From the NCBI GenBank assembly GCA_040954595.2, contig CM082583.2:10925656-10989655 (forward strand): a stretch of DNA of 64,000 nucleotides. The letters are read 5' to 3'. This stretch comes from Balanoglossus misakiensis. Taxonomy: Eukaryota; Animalia; Hemichordata. Made by a program: the position numbers and the translations under genes. Below are positions 26,601 through 38,600 of this stretch, piece after piece. Position 1 is the stretch's first letter, and each line of letters opens with the position of its first letter. Below the pieces are notes generated by a model. That model saw nothing but the letters and a program-made list of their open reading frames with translations. It was not told the origin of the DNA and did not search any database.

Positions 26601-29600
26601 ATGGGGTTGCTGTTGAATCCCTGTTTGAGCAGGGTATATTCATTGGCAATGAACCAATGATTAAAACTGATCAATACGATTTTACCAGGTAATTCCTCTT
26701 GACATCACACCAGAAGTTCAGAAGAGGATTTTGTCCGAACTGCAAATACTTTATAAGGTAAAAATTATTTTAAAATCTTTTCTTGCACTATCACCGTAAT
26801 ATCACCTGGACACCAAAAGCTAGGTATTGAGAAACAGTGCATACACTATGACAGGTGAAAGGTGGAGACTTTATTAGACATCAACATTAAATGAATGGAA
26901 ACTTGACAAGTCTACTCAATATGGCTGTTTTCAGCTTACAGTCAAACACCAAAGAAACAGTAACATACATACTGAACCTGAATGTGTGAAAATTTCAATT
27001 TCGATCTTGTCTGTCTTACTCATAGAGTACTCAGTCAAACCAAAGTTTCTTGACACAGTTACAGTGTTCAAGACAAATTTTCTTACAAATAATTCCATGT
27101 TCGCTGTAGTTGTTTTCTAATATTTACAGGTTCGACAGTCAGATTAAGTTTTCTTTATAATGCTACAAATCTACATGTAAGATAACATACACAATGACAT
27201 TGAATAATTACAGAGACTAAATACAAGAAGTAATAGCTCAACAAAACAATTTTAGATAGTTAGGGATCAGAACTTTGTCAAATTGATTCTTTAAACTGTG
27301 TATCCAAAATGTATGCCAACATGTCAGAAATTGACCGTCGGAGAGCCGCTTGCAATATGCACAAATGTCATACATCATATGCTTTCCATACGAAGAAATG
27401 TGAAAACCCCCCTCGGTATATATTTACACATTATTGCTAGAATTACACACATGAGTAAAAATGCACAATGTTGAAACACTTCTAAGAAACATGTATCAGT
27501 CTCATGAGATACAAACTCACATTAATTTTCAGTTTTGTAAATGTCCTGATTGTTTCAAATTTATAGGTATATTTACTTTATTTGTTAGTGTTTGTTTTAA
27601 AATGAAGAAACACCTTTACATATCATCATCAGACTTCCTTCGTATGAACGATGTCTTCGTGGACTGAAATGGCAGTTACAAGTATACATGTATACAGCTA
27701 TTATTGCCTCTGAAATGGCTCATTTCCTTGCTCAGTACAAGTGATGCAAGCTTATCTACCAAGATGCCAAGAATTTTGTATTGTGGGTTGTCATGGAGAC
27801 ACAGAGGGCGCACTGTCCCAATTCATAATTTTGTTCTCATTTAAGTAATGACGCATTTGTTGATCACTAAGCCCTCCAGGTTGTGGAGGCTGGATGGAAA
27901 CAGTTGACCTAATTTATGCACGGTAGTAACTCTATATCCAGGCTTACAAATTAAATGCCAATAACCATCAAATCTCCAAATTAATCCATCACATGCCCAA
28001 TAAATCTGATTTTATCGCTCCAAGTTAGAAACGAGAATTACATAAAATGTTCAGCAGGTGACTGCAGTGCCGAGTCAAATGAAATTATCAAATGTCATCG
28101 CCATGGGAACAATCTGTCTGTCATTGAAGCCAGATGAAAGCTGGTCTGAAAATGTGCACTTAAGATAAGTTGCTAATGATAAGTTGCAGGTAATGTACCC
28201 TACTATCTGTAAAATCATGAAATTCAATTTAAAGAAGAGGCATTCTGATCTTGTGACTGATATCATTCTGTTAACAACAGTGAAAGGTAACATGAAAGAC
28301 AAGGGGGGACTGACGCAGACTTCACAAACAAGCACATTAGGTTAATTTGTGAAATTTAAAGTACACAAGCTTTTTTTAGAAACTGGCCCACAGCTTTTAC
28401 TGATTCTTCAAAAAATTAACACAACGTTTTGTGTTATAGGATTGCATTTTGCAAAAGTTTTTCATGTTATTCAAGAAAAAAATTTGTCAGACTTAGAATG
28501 CAACACTGATGCAAATATAAGTAATTAACATACTTAGAATATAGTAGATAGCATTTATTACTAGTCTTGTTGCATCACTGGTTAGAGAACTTTCTGGAAT
28601 TTTTGAATTATCTGAGATTATTGAATTATCTGAGATTATCGAATTATCTGAGGTTATTGAATTATCTGTTGTTACTGAACGGTCAGTGATTGGCATGGTT
28701 GTGGAATGCTCTGTGTTTCTCAAACCCTCTGTATTTATCATCGATATATCTGTAGCCACTTTTTCTGAACCAGAATATGTCAAAGTCGAGCTGTCACTTT
28801 CTAATTCACTAGCATGCATAAGTTGTCACAAGGGTACCACCTGCTCAGCAAACAACAGAAATCCAGAAAACGATGTCAGTTTTTCTGTGTTGCTTGTGAG
28901 CGAATGGCTGCTGCCAAGCTTCAGCCAGACCTGGTCCCCAACTACTAATTGCAGGACTGCGCTGTTACTGTACGACTCCCTGGTGGTGTTTCCGGCGTCT
29001 CCGTGCACGGAAACCTGGCGGTCATTGTTCTTGACCAACATAACCTGTGTGTCTCTATTGTGGACAATGTGAAAGGTGAAGAAATAAGTTCCGTTGATCG
29101 CACAGGTGAAACGCCCAGTGATGCCATCAAAGTGGCCGCCAACGTTTGTGATGACCGTGTCGAAGGTCACGTCTTTGCCCCTGTCGTTGTGCCCTGTCAG
29201 ACTCGAAGTGCGAATAGCTGTGAAGGCCGACTTGGGCTGGTTGAAGAGTGAGGTTTGGACTTTAACAGGCGGCGCAGTCCACCCAGCTGCAGTTCCTGAT
29301 CCCAGGGTACCTGTTAGACCTGGCTCGCCCTTCAACCCTGGTTCCCCCTTCTCCCCAGGTGCACCCTTTTCACCAGGTGGTCCCTGCGGCCCCGGGGGAC
29401 CAGATGGCCCAGATGAACCGTGTTGACCGGAAGGACCTGTGACTCCAGGTGGACCTTGACCTCCGTTGTCTCCTTTATCACCTTTAGGTCCCAGCAGACC
29501 AGGTGAACCTGGTATCCCAGGTGTTCCGGGCAAACCTGGTGTTCCGTTCTCTCCCGGTGTTCCGTACATTCCTTGGACCCCCTGTAGACCTGTAGGGCCA

Positions 29601-32600
29601 GGCATTCCCATATCACCTTTCTCGCAGCAAGGCAGGCATTGATCCCTCTTCCGTTTTCTCCCGGGTTTTATCAGCTCTTCTTCTGCGTCGGAATTTGCAG
29701 TCACTATAGTAACCAGCAGTAATGACATCACTAACACTGAATGCCAAGCCATCCTGCAGTACGGGCGTCTTGTATAGTTCTCTGTAAAATAAATTGTGAA
29801 CAATCAAACCTTAAACCACCGTTCAAAAATGAGAGATACAGGAGTGATCTTGAATTTAGCATTCGTCACACCTGAAAATACTGTTTGTCTTTCAGTAGCG
29901 ATTGCACTGTACAAGCTTCGGCCGGAAAGTTGTTTGTTTGATATCTGACACCTCCAACAATTGTTGCAGCTTTGTTTCAAAATAACCAAGCTGGTTTACT
30001 ACTTCTGTTATAGTTTATCCAGCCTCTTTGTCGACAAGTACGTATAGCAACCAAGAAGACATGTTTTTCCAACCAAAAATTAAGAAGAAACAAAGTGTAC
30101 ACTCTCTTTCTCACAATTCAAAGCTGACTTGCAGACCCCCATTGATAAGGTGACATGGCATATTAAGTAAAGTGGTAGAGCGTGTTGTGTCCTAGCTACC
30201 TTTCAAGAAAAGTTTGACTACTTGAAATTCACGGATTTCTCATTGTCTTCCCAGCAGTTTGAGGTATCAGTAATGTGACATGAAAATGAAAGCTGAACTC
30301 AGTGTAAACATTTGGACTGGGTTTGTCAATTTGCTTGGGTCAAATCTCTAAGTGTATACTGGTATTTATATTTGGCAAATAGTGGGTACTGAAAACTTTG
30401 GAGAGGATAGTTGTAAGTTTGCAGTGGTTTTCCTGAACCTTTGCACCCTGACCCCTGTTGAGCTAGGATAAATGCTACATGTATGTGATGAGCAGTAGAA
30501 TCATTCTAAATAAGCGATTTCCATCCATTGATAAGTGGCTTTGCGTTTATTTTAAAACTACTAGTTCAGTGTCTTCTTTGCTAAACCTTTTATGCAAGTC
30601 ATTAATTATTAAAACCATAATTTATGTCAAAATTTTAACTATCAGATATTGCTGCCGTAAATCATCATCATGGTTTCAGTAGAAATCTTAAAACTTCATG
30701 AATAGCTGAAAGACCTCTGAAAATCGTTAGTGGTAAATAATAAAACCAGATGTTATTAGAGTGAACGGCAGCCTCATTAATTCAAAGTAGCGTAATTTTC
30801 ATCAGAAATTAGGATTAGGAGATACCGTACTCTTAAATCACAATTGTGTTCGTGATTTTAGTAGGGATATGTTTGAACACCTTCATTCTGTCTTGATGGA
30901 ACTGAGCTGTGAGTTCTTATCCGATTTTATCAGCGTCTGTTAGTGTCACACCAATTTCCAAACACCACCAGAAAAGGAGAGGTTTTAACTCTGCTGCCAT
31001 TAATTGTGACCACGGGAAGATCAAAGCAGATAAGAATGTCAGAGAGGGCGCCAGTCGTATTTGAAGTGCCGCCAGCGGCAGACTTTGATATGTCTTCTGA
31101 TATTTTTTACCGAGGCTTTTATAATGGCTTTAAATGTGGCAGGTTCAGCTGATCACCACATGGGCGGTCTTTTGTTCTTTCTCTCAAACACACGCATTTT
31201 CTCAGAACAGTGACTGGCCTACAAGTATACTTGCTAATCACACAGCTGGGGATCTGTTGTAAAGGATTGATTTTACACTGTGGCTTCACACAAAATCTCC
31301 TTTGGTGGCAAATTTCTGCAACGTAGATGACACTGATTTGAAGTCACTATTGGTATATGTTTTCGACCCAGATGTTTTTATCAAGGATGTAATCTTTGGC
31401 CATTGGTTCACGATTGTATATAAAACTTGTTTTGATCTTACCGGAACTTTGTTTTCTACACCACAGCAAAAATGTCATGATGACTGTGAAGGGAATAAAC
31501 CAACATGCTTTCTGTAACTCACATGTGGAAATTCTGACATGTCTGTTAACACGTACAAGCAAATGGTTCCACTGTCTTGAAAACTTTCAGTTACATGAGT
31601 TGATCAGAAACATTGAGCCGGCAAAAACATCTTTTGTGGCAGGGAGTTTTTCGAGCAAATTGTTCTCTGACTTTGAAAGAAAATCTTCTACTATTGACAA
31701 TTTAATCAATAATATGGTTTTCCTGTTATTCATTTAAGAGCTGACAAGACTGAACAATTTTAATGTCTACTCTGTGTGATGTTCTAAAATATCTGCCGAA
31801 ACCCACTTAATGTATCTGAGCCTGGCTTAAGTAGTGTTCAGAAGTGACATTTACTCTTCTTGTACTGGTCACTCTGCCTTAAAAGGACCTAGTTTGATGT
31901 TTAATCACCAGTCATTAGACCATGAGTCTTCCAAATGTAGACCATCAATATTAGACTCTTCAGACGAGTGCCTGCTCAACATCTTCCACCATCATCTCTG
32001 TATCTGTCCAAACAATCTACAAGAATGCAGAGTTGAAATCCACCATTTCCTGATATGTCAGTCTGAAGGTGGACATCTCTGATATGACTATAATGAGGTC
32101 ATTAAGTGAAATAAGGATCTTGGTATAAATGTCATTTTGTTGAAGTTCTCTTTTGGCAAAGCTTTTGGAAATCATGCAGACCAACAAAACATTCTTAGGA
32201 ATCTGTGAAAATGACATTTTTGGGTGGTATATTAAAACCATCCCCATTCCATATTTGAGCTCAATAAAACCCTTATAAGCTTAACTATTAGGAATTCTAG
32301 AATCTGAATCTTATGCAGCCATAAATAACTAAGAAGTCCGCCATATCCTATATCTGAAGAGATGCCTTAACAAATTGGATACCATGTTACAATTTGCCAA
32401 AGCAAATTGATGTCATATCAGCAAGCCCTTTCTGGAGCAGTTACTGATAATGAGTGTAATTTGGAGTGCAATTTGGAGTCCTTGAAAAGGAATAGTAGCA
32501 ATGGGCTTTGTGAGTGTTATTCCAGCTTTTCTGGCAGACGGAGAACAGAACAAGACATTTCAATGCCCAGTATTAACTGACTTAAAGTTCATGTTTCTAC

Positions 32601-35600
32601 TTCTAAAATTATGACGATATGGTTCTCCAAGTACAAGTAATTTTATGTCAAGGTTGATATTTAATTTATGCCAAACTCAGAACATAAGCGTTTACAAGAT
32701 TTAGTATAAAAGCAGCTATTTCAATATTCTGATCATAAATTTTAAAAATGATTTACACTCAAGAACATGACTGTCATACTAGGTCTTTGGGTACTTCATC
32801 AAATGAAGTGGTTATTTCGTTGTGCCAACACTTTGACACATCTGTGAAATCCCAGTGAGACTTTTCATAATCCCATGGAAACACAAGCTTTTGATCAATA
32901 CAGCACACCTGGCGAGGGAAAATTTCTTTCCTATATTGCTTAAATATGCACGTTTGATAGATAGGATAATGACTTATAAAATCTGTCTTGGGAAAGGAAG
33001 TTTTCATGTAGAGAGAAGTATTGGCTTAATATTCGAATTCTATGCACCTCTCTAGTTTTATCAGTGGATGATATACAATGTATGTGATAAAATAGGTTTG
33101 TACAGTAACTTTCAAAGAAAAATCACAGCAGTCATCTAGAATCAGTTCTAGAAGCTACCTTAGGCTTTAAAGATTCCTTGATCTCAGCGACATCTCCTTA
33201 AAGTTGGAAAATAAAAGCAACACTTCGAATTACCGTAATTACTCAGGGGGAAGCTTTTGTGTAAAAACCTATACTCGAAAACCACAGGCAGATAATTAGC
33301 CCTAATGGGGGAATTCTTTCTCAGACTTTCAGATTATAAGCTAAGTAGAAACTGAACTCAATTTCTGAGAGAGTACAGCTTTGCCGGCTGTACATATAAT
33401 AGTTTACTAATTCACTTAATGGAGTGTCAGCAGTTTGGATGTTAATACGGGTGGACTAGCTGCTGAACAACTCTTTTTGTTGGGAAAAAGCAGACCGGCA
33501 AGGGCCAAGGATTTTACAACTCACTAAGCAGCATGTTGTTTAGATTTATGTCTGTGCAAAGATTAGAATATACCAATGTGAAAATTTAATTCTTGTAATT
33601 AGGTTCCTTCTGTGAGATAATCTCTTAAAGCCTCTCTCACAGTCCCTTGTTTGCTTTTATACACTGGTCTGGTTGCCCGATGTCCCCATGCATAGTCTTG
33701 TCAGACATGATGCCTGCATGATGATGATGATGATGGTGATGGTGATTGCTCTTCTGTGGTAGAATCCCCCACCCATCCCACCTCTTTCCCTCTAGTTTTG
33801 TGCAGCAACAGTCATAAATGAGAAATCAGGTTTTCTCACCCTTCTCAAGTGGCCCATCACCCTGGTAATACATTGAATAGAAACCGTGTTCTTTTTAAGT
33901 TGACTCTGATAAATAAAGCTGTGCCCCTGTGTGCTAATGTGGCCAACCTTTTCGGTCAGACTAAGTCTTTTGCTGTCCATGAGGGTGAGAGACCAATTGG
34001 GGCAGACAATGAAGGTATTAAACCCTCTCCACAAGATACTGATGCATGTCACTATCATCAAATTACTGCACGCATGACTTGGCAAGCCATCAAAGCTTCC
34101 GAGGAACCTCTTTTTTTCACAACGTGATTCTCTTGTCAAGTTTTCTTGAAGTGATATGTGAGTCTGCATAAAGAAGAGACAAAACGGGCAAATTTTCTGA
34201 GGTCGACTCAAAATGGACACAAGGCCACTTTGTTAACAAAGAAAAGAATTTCCACATTAGCTTTCAGTTAAATTAACCTCCAAGTTTGTGTGTCATCTAG
34301 GCACCTTGTGATATGAGACGATGGATTTCCTTTTTGGTGAAAATTCAAAGGAAAAGAGCAGAAATACAAAAGTGTCTTAAAATAATTCTCAGATTCAAGA
34401 CAGGCAAATATGTTTCAAATATAGATTTAATCTGTGTATGGGGATGCTTTGGAATAAACCTAGAAGTGACAATAAAAAATGATAGAAAGTTTGATGCAGG
34501 CAAGCACTGACAGGAAGCACACAAATGTAAAGATGGAACACTGACAGATGGTGGTTAGCTCAGCAAGGTCATAGCCATTATTAATGTGAAAACACTGAGT
34601 CTTTAAAAAATGAGGGGAGCAAACCAATGAAAGTACATCATAAATGTAGTGTTGCTATGGTCTCATTGCTTTTTGTGGAGAGTTACTGTCATTTTGAGTG
34701 CTATATTTCAAACAAATACACAAAATGTGTACTGCCTTTATATTATTTTATATACATATATGTATAACTATCTTGCATCATAGGCTGTGGTTAAGAGTAT
34801 AGAACAGTTACGTTGCCAGCATTGTACAGATGGCTACTAAAATTACTGCGGCCACATTTTACAGTATCGCACACTCATTTGCTATACACACATGTAACAC
34901 ACAGACACATTCATGCACACACACATGTGCACGCACACATATACCGGTACATGTTTGTATGAATTCATGCACAGATTAATACATTCATACATTGAATCCA
35001 TCACTCACCAAGTATACAGCTCATACATGTACAAATAGAGACTGCCAGCTCAAAGCTTGATTCTTACAAATTTTGCATATAGCAATGCACAAACTGCATT
35101 GTGGGATTGACAGACACACCTGCCACCACTCCCAAAATATCACACTGAGTTTGATTTACAACATATTGATTAATTATACAAAAAGGATATCATTATTGAT
35201 ATTTATGCATGGATAAGCCTAATATTTCCTTTTATTATACACCTACTGTCATAACCCATATAACATGCCATTTCCACATTTGTGCAGTACATGTGGTCCA
35301 TATATTACATCAGCTGTAAGCTGTTCATATCACTTTTAAAAAATTTAGAAATTTTGACCAACTCCTACCGGTACACCTTACTTTAATAAGTTAGATTTTA
35401 AAATGCTGAACATTTCTGACATATTGAAAGGATTGACACTTTATTTTTTAATCATGGCATCCTGAAAGGATGTGCGTGTTTGAGTCAGGAAAGTTTCTTT
35501 TCTATGTTGAATGCATTAATCAAGCACCCAGCATGAATGTTTGCAAGGTCAAATTGCAATGTCTTTATTCTGAAGTCTGGTGGTCTTAGCTGTTAAATCA

Positions 35601-38600
35601 CGCTGTCATTCAAGAAAATGCATGGCAAGTCGTGCTTTTCTCAAAGACCACCTTGCAAGCGTTGAGTTGCCATTCAAAGCAGACCATCGTTAATATGCAT
35701 TGGAAAAGGGAGATTCTTTGTGACTAGGTATTGATTCAGAGAGATGGAGTCATTACTGCTTTTTTTATCAAACAGTAGAGGTGATCGCGACCCGAGCTGA
35801 TACTGGACAGTTTCTATTCAAGGCAGAATGGGAGAGAAAGAAATCGATTTGTTTCAAGGACTCTGGCAAGATTTTATACCTGATGTCTGCATTGCCTTGT
35901 AGTGATGTCTTGTGTGAAATTTAAGCAATGGGCCGAAAGAAACACCAACAAAAGATGGGACATCAAAGTATTATGGTTTCTGTGTGTTAGCCCAACTGTC
36001 TGTTGTCTTGTGTTTCTCAAAACTATTCTCTAAAAACTGTAAATTTAATGTGATAAAACTTCTTTTACATGATCGAATTTTATAAAGCTCACAGAATCAG
36101 TCTGACAAGAATTGAATCACGTTTTCAGGAGAAAAGAAAAATTTACTGCTGTGGCTGTAAGGGTTTGACTGAAGAGAGAGAGAGTGTTTAGTCTTACTGA
36201 AGATATCAAACATAAAGCAATAGTCCTAATGAGACGTCAGTGAGAACCCACAAAAGTAGCTCAATTTAAAGAGAGATTTCCAAAGCCGCACAAAGTCGGA
36301 TAACTATGGCAATATTGTAACGGTATCAATTTCAGATAACGCAATTAGTATTTGTTCTTGGTTAGTAGCTGTTGTCCTCTGAGACGGTTACCCATCAACA
36401 CTTTGATTATATTGCCAACATTGTGGTAAAATGTGTTGAAAGCAAAATACTTCTTTTTATCAGACAGTAAAAGTCATATTCTCTTTTTGAACAGTTTTCT
36501 GTGTAGTTTGGGTCGGTTGTCTGTCAGAATGAGAATGTGACATCTGAAAGGAATTTCTGTGGAACTCTATGAAAGATTACTGTAATAAATGTTTGCAATA
36601 GAATGTAAAGTTGCTCCAAACAACTAAATTGCTGCAAACCATTAAGTGGTAAGTACGTGTATCGCACACTCGCAATCACATACAACGTACATCCATGTCT
36701 CCCTTTCTATTCAAATAAGCACGTTTCTCATCGACTCGAATCTATGATTCTTCTACAAAATATCATGGACCTAGATTTCTTTGTATTTCTGTGTGTGTTT
36801 GGAAAGCTTTTGATGCAGGAATTTGGCGATAAATGAGAATAGTTAGTTTGAGCATGCACCGGTACCCAACCATGACTTGCCCTTTAATGAAAGCATGTCA
36901 GTCTGTGTTGGGTGGTATTACTGTTGTTCAGACAAGTTGCCTTTTCAGCATTACATACAAAAATGCTTGATCATTAATTTTGTTTTTCTTATTAGGTCGA
37001 GAACAGACTAAATTGTTTGTATTACATGTGCAGCACTTTCATGATATAGTGTATTCTGTTTGTCTACCGAATATTAAGTGGAAGATTGACACTGCATGCA
37101 CTGACACATTGTGGCTATTTTATATGAGTTGAAATAAACTGAACTCAAAACATGTAACTTACCCAATCTGACCATAGAGGGCACTCTCTGCTAGGAAAAT
37201 AGGGTCAGTCAGCAATAAAAAAATTTGGGTCAGATCATTAGGAACACTGAGCCTGTCCTGCAGTTGGAATGCAGTATAATGAAGGGCTTATAATTGACGG
37301 CTGCAGGTGAAGTTTTTCAGTGGAGCCGTAGGTCAGGTGTTCGATTATATGATATACTAGTGTGAGGGCAAATCAGTTACCTGTGTTAATAAGAGTTGCC
37401 GGGAGAAATCAAAAGGTTACCGGAAGTTCCCAGGCACCACCAATAATTCACTCCGCAAGCTCCTCGAAGCCAGCCTTTCTTTTTTTCTAAGTTCTGTCAT
37501 CAGATTATTCGACAAATGTGACCAGGGTGTTTTGGCATTTTCACCTTCATATGTTCTGCTTAATTCTCTTTGCATGGTGCATGTATCTGTAATGTGATTG
37601 TTGATTTTCATTCGATCCTTATTCTTAACTGTGGTAATGGGAAATATGGTATGATAGTAAGTAATCCCGTGAATCTTTGAACTTTGAAAATATAATAGAA
37701 ATGGAGACAATATTTCAACTGCATCACGTTATTAAAAAATTTATAAATGTGAAAAATGATTTTAAATATGCAGAAAACAGCACTTTGAGCAATAAAATAA
37801 GTGGCAAGTGAAATGTGTTTCCATTTTACAAGTTTGATTTCAGTAAATTTTTGGTGTCACATTCACAGTTCATTTGCAGAGTAGTACAACACTCGGCTTG
37901 TTGCCGATCTTTACTCAAGGTTTAATCGGACAAATTTATGTTGACATACTTAATACCCAGTGATCACCTACAATATAATTGGTTGGCAACAAAATAATCT
38001 GGCCAGACTGAAATTTTCATGATCTAGATTTCCAGCATGAATTTTGAGTTACGAAGATAATATTTTCAAAAATCAACGTGAGGAAAGAATGTGTAAGAAC
38101 TGAGAAAATGTGTCTGTGGTAAATTGACAGATATTTCTGCAGTTTTTGAAATAAATGTTTTTGGTATAAAACGACTGATTTTGCGGAACAATTTATATTC
38201 AGTGTGTACTGGAGATCGTCCATGAGAGATCCCTGTCTCAAAAATGCTGTCAACTGTGTGTGTTCTCAGCACAGTCTGAACCTGGTGTAAAACACAACAT
38301 GAAATCTCACTTCTCACAATAGAACGACAAGCACCATTCATGGTCGGAGGTTTTTGTCTTTAAAGCATGCCGATGCTGAAGGCCTGTGAAAACATTGTCG
38401 CGCATTTTAGAATGGAGAAAGCGCGTCTGAATGGACCAAAGGTGTTTAAGTCTTCACTCACTCAATGAAGTATTTGTCACACGATATCAATCAGTTACAA
38501 ATTAACGGTTATTGTGAACTGAGGGAAATTCCTATGCAGTAAAGATGCTTTAAACTAGTGTGGTATGTGTACTATACCATACAGTCTTAGTGAAAAAATC

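Noticed and set aside
28493-28819. The 108-aa ORF as an independent gene
   Set aside because: Its ATG is 6 nt after the C1q stop, with no signal peptide or room for a promoter. A C-terminal anchor makes more sense as a C1q extension.
28826-28828. TGA as selenocysteine
   Set aside because: It is not at a Cys-homologous or redox position and I saw no SECIS by eye. A SECISearch run would be needed to exclude it fully.
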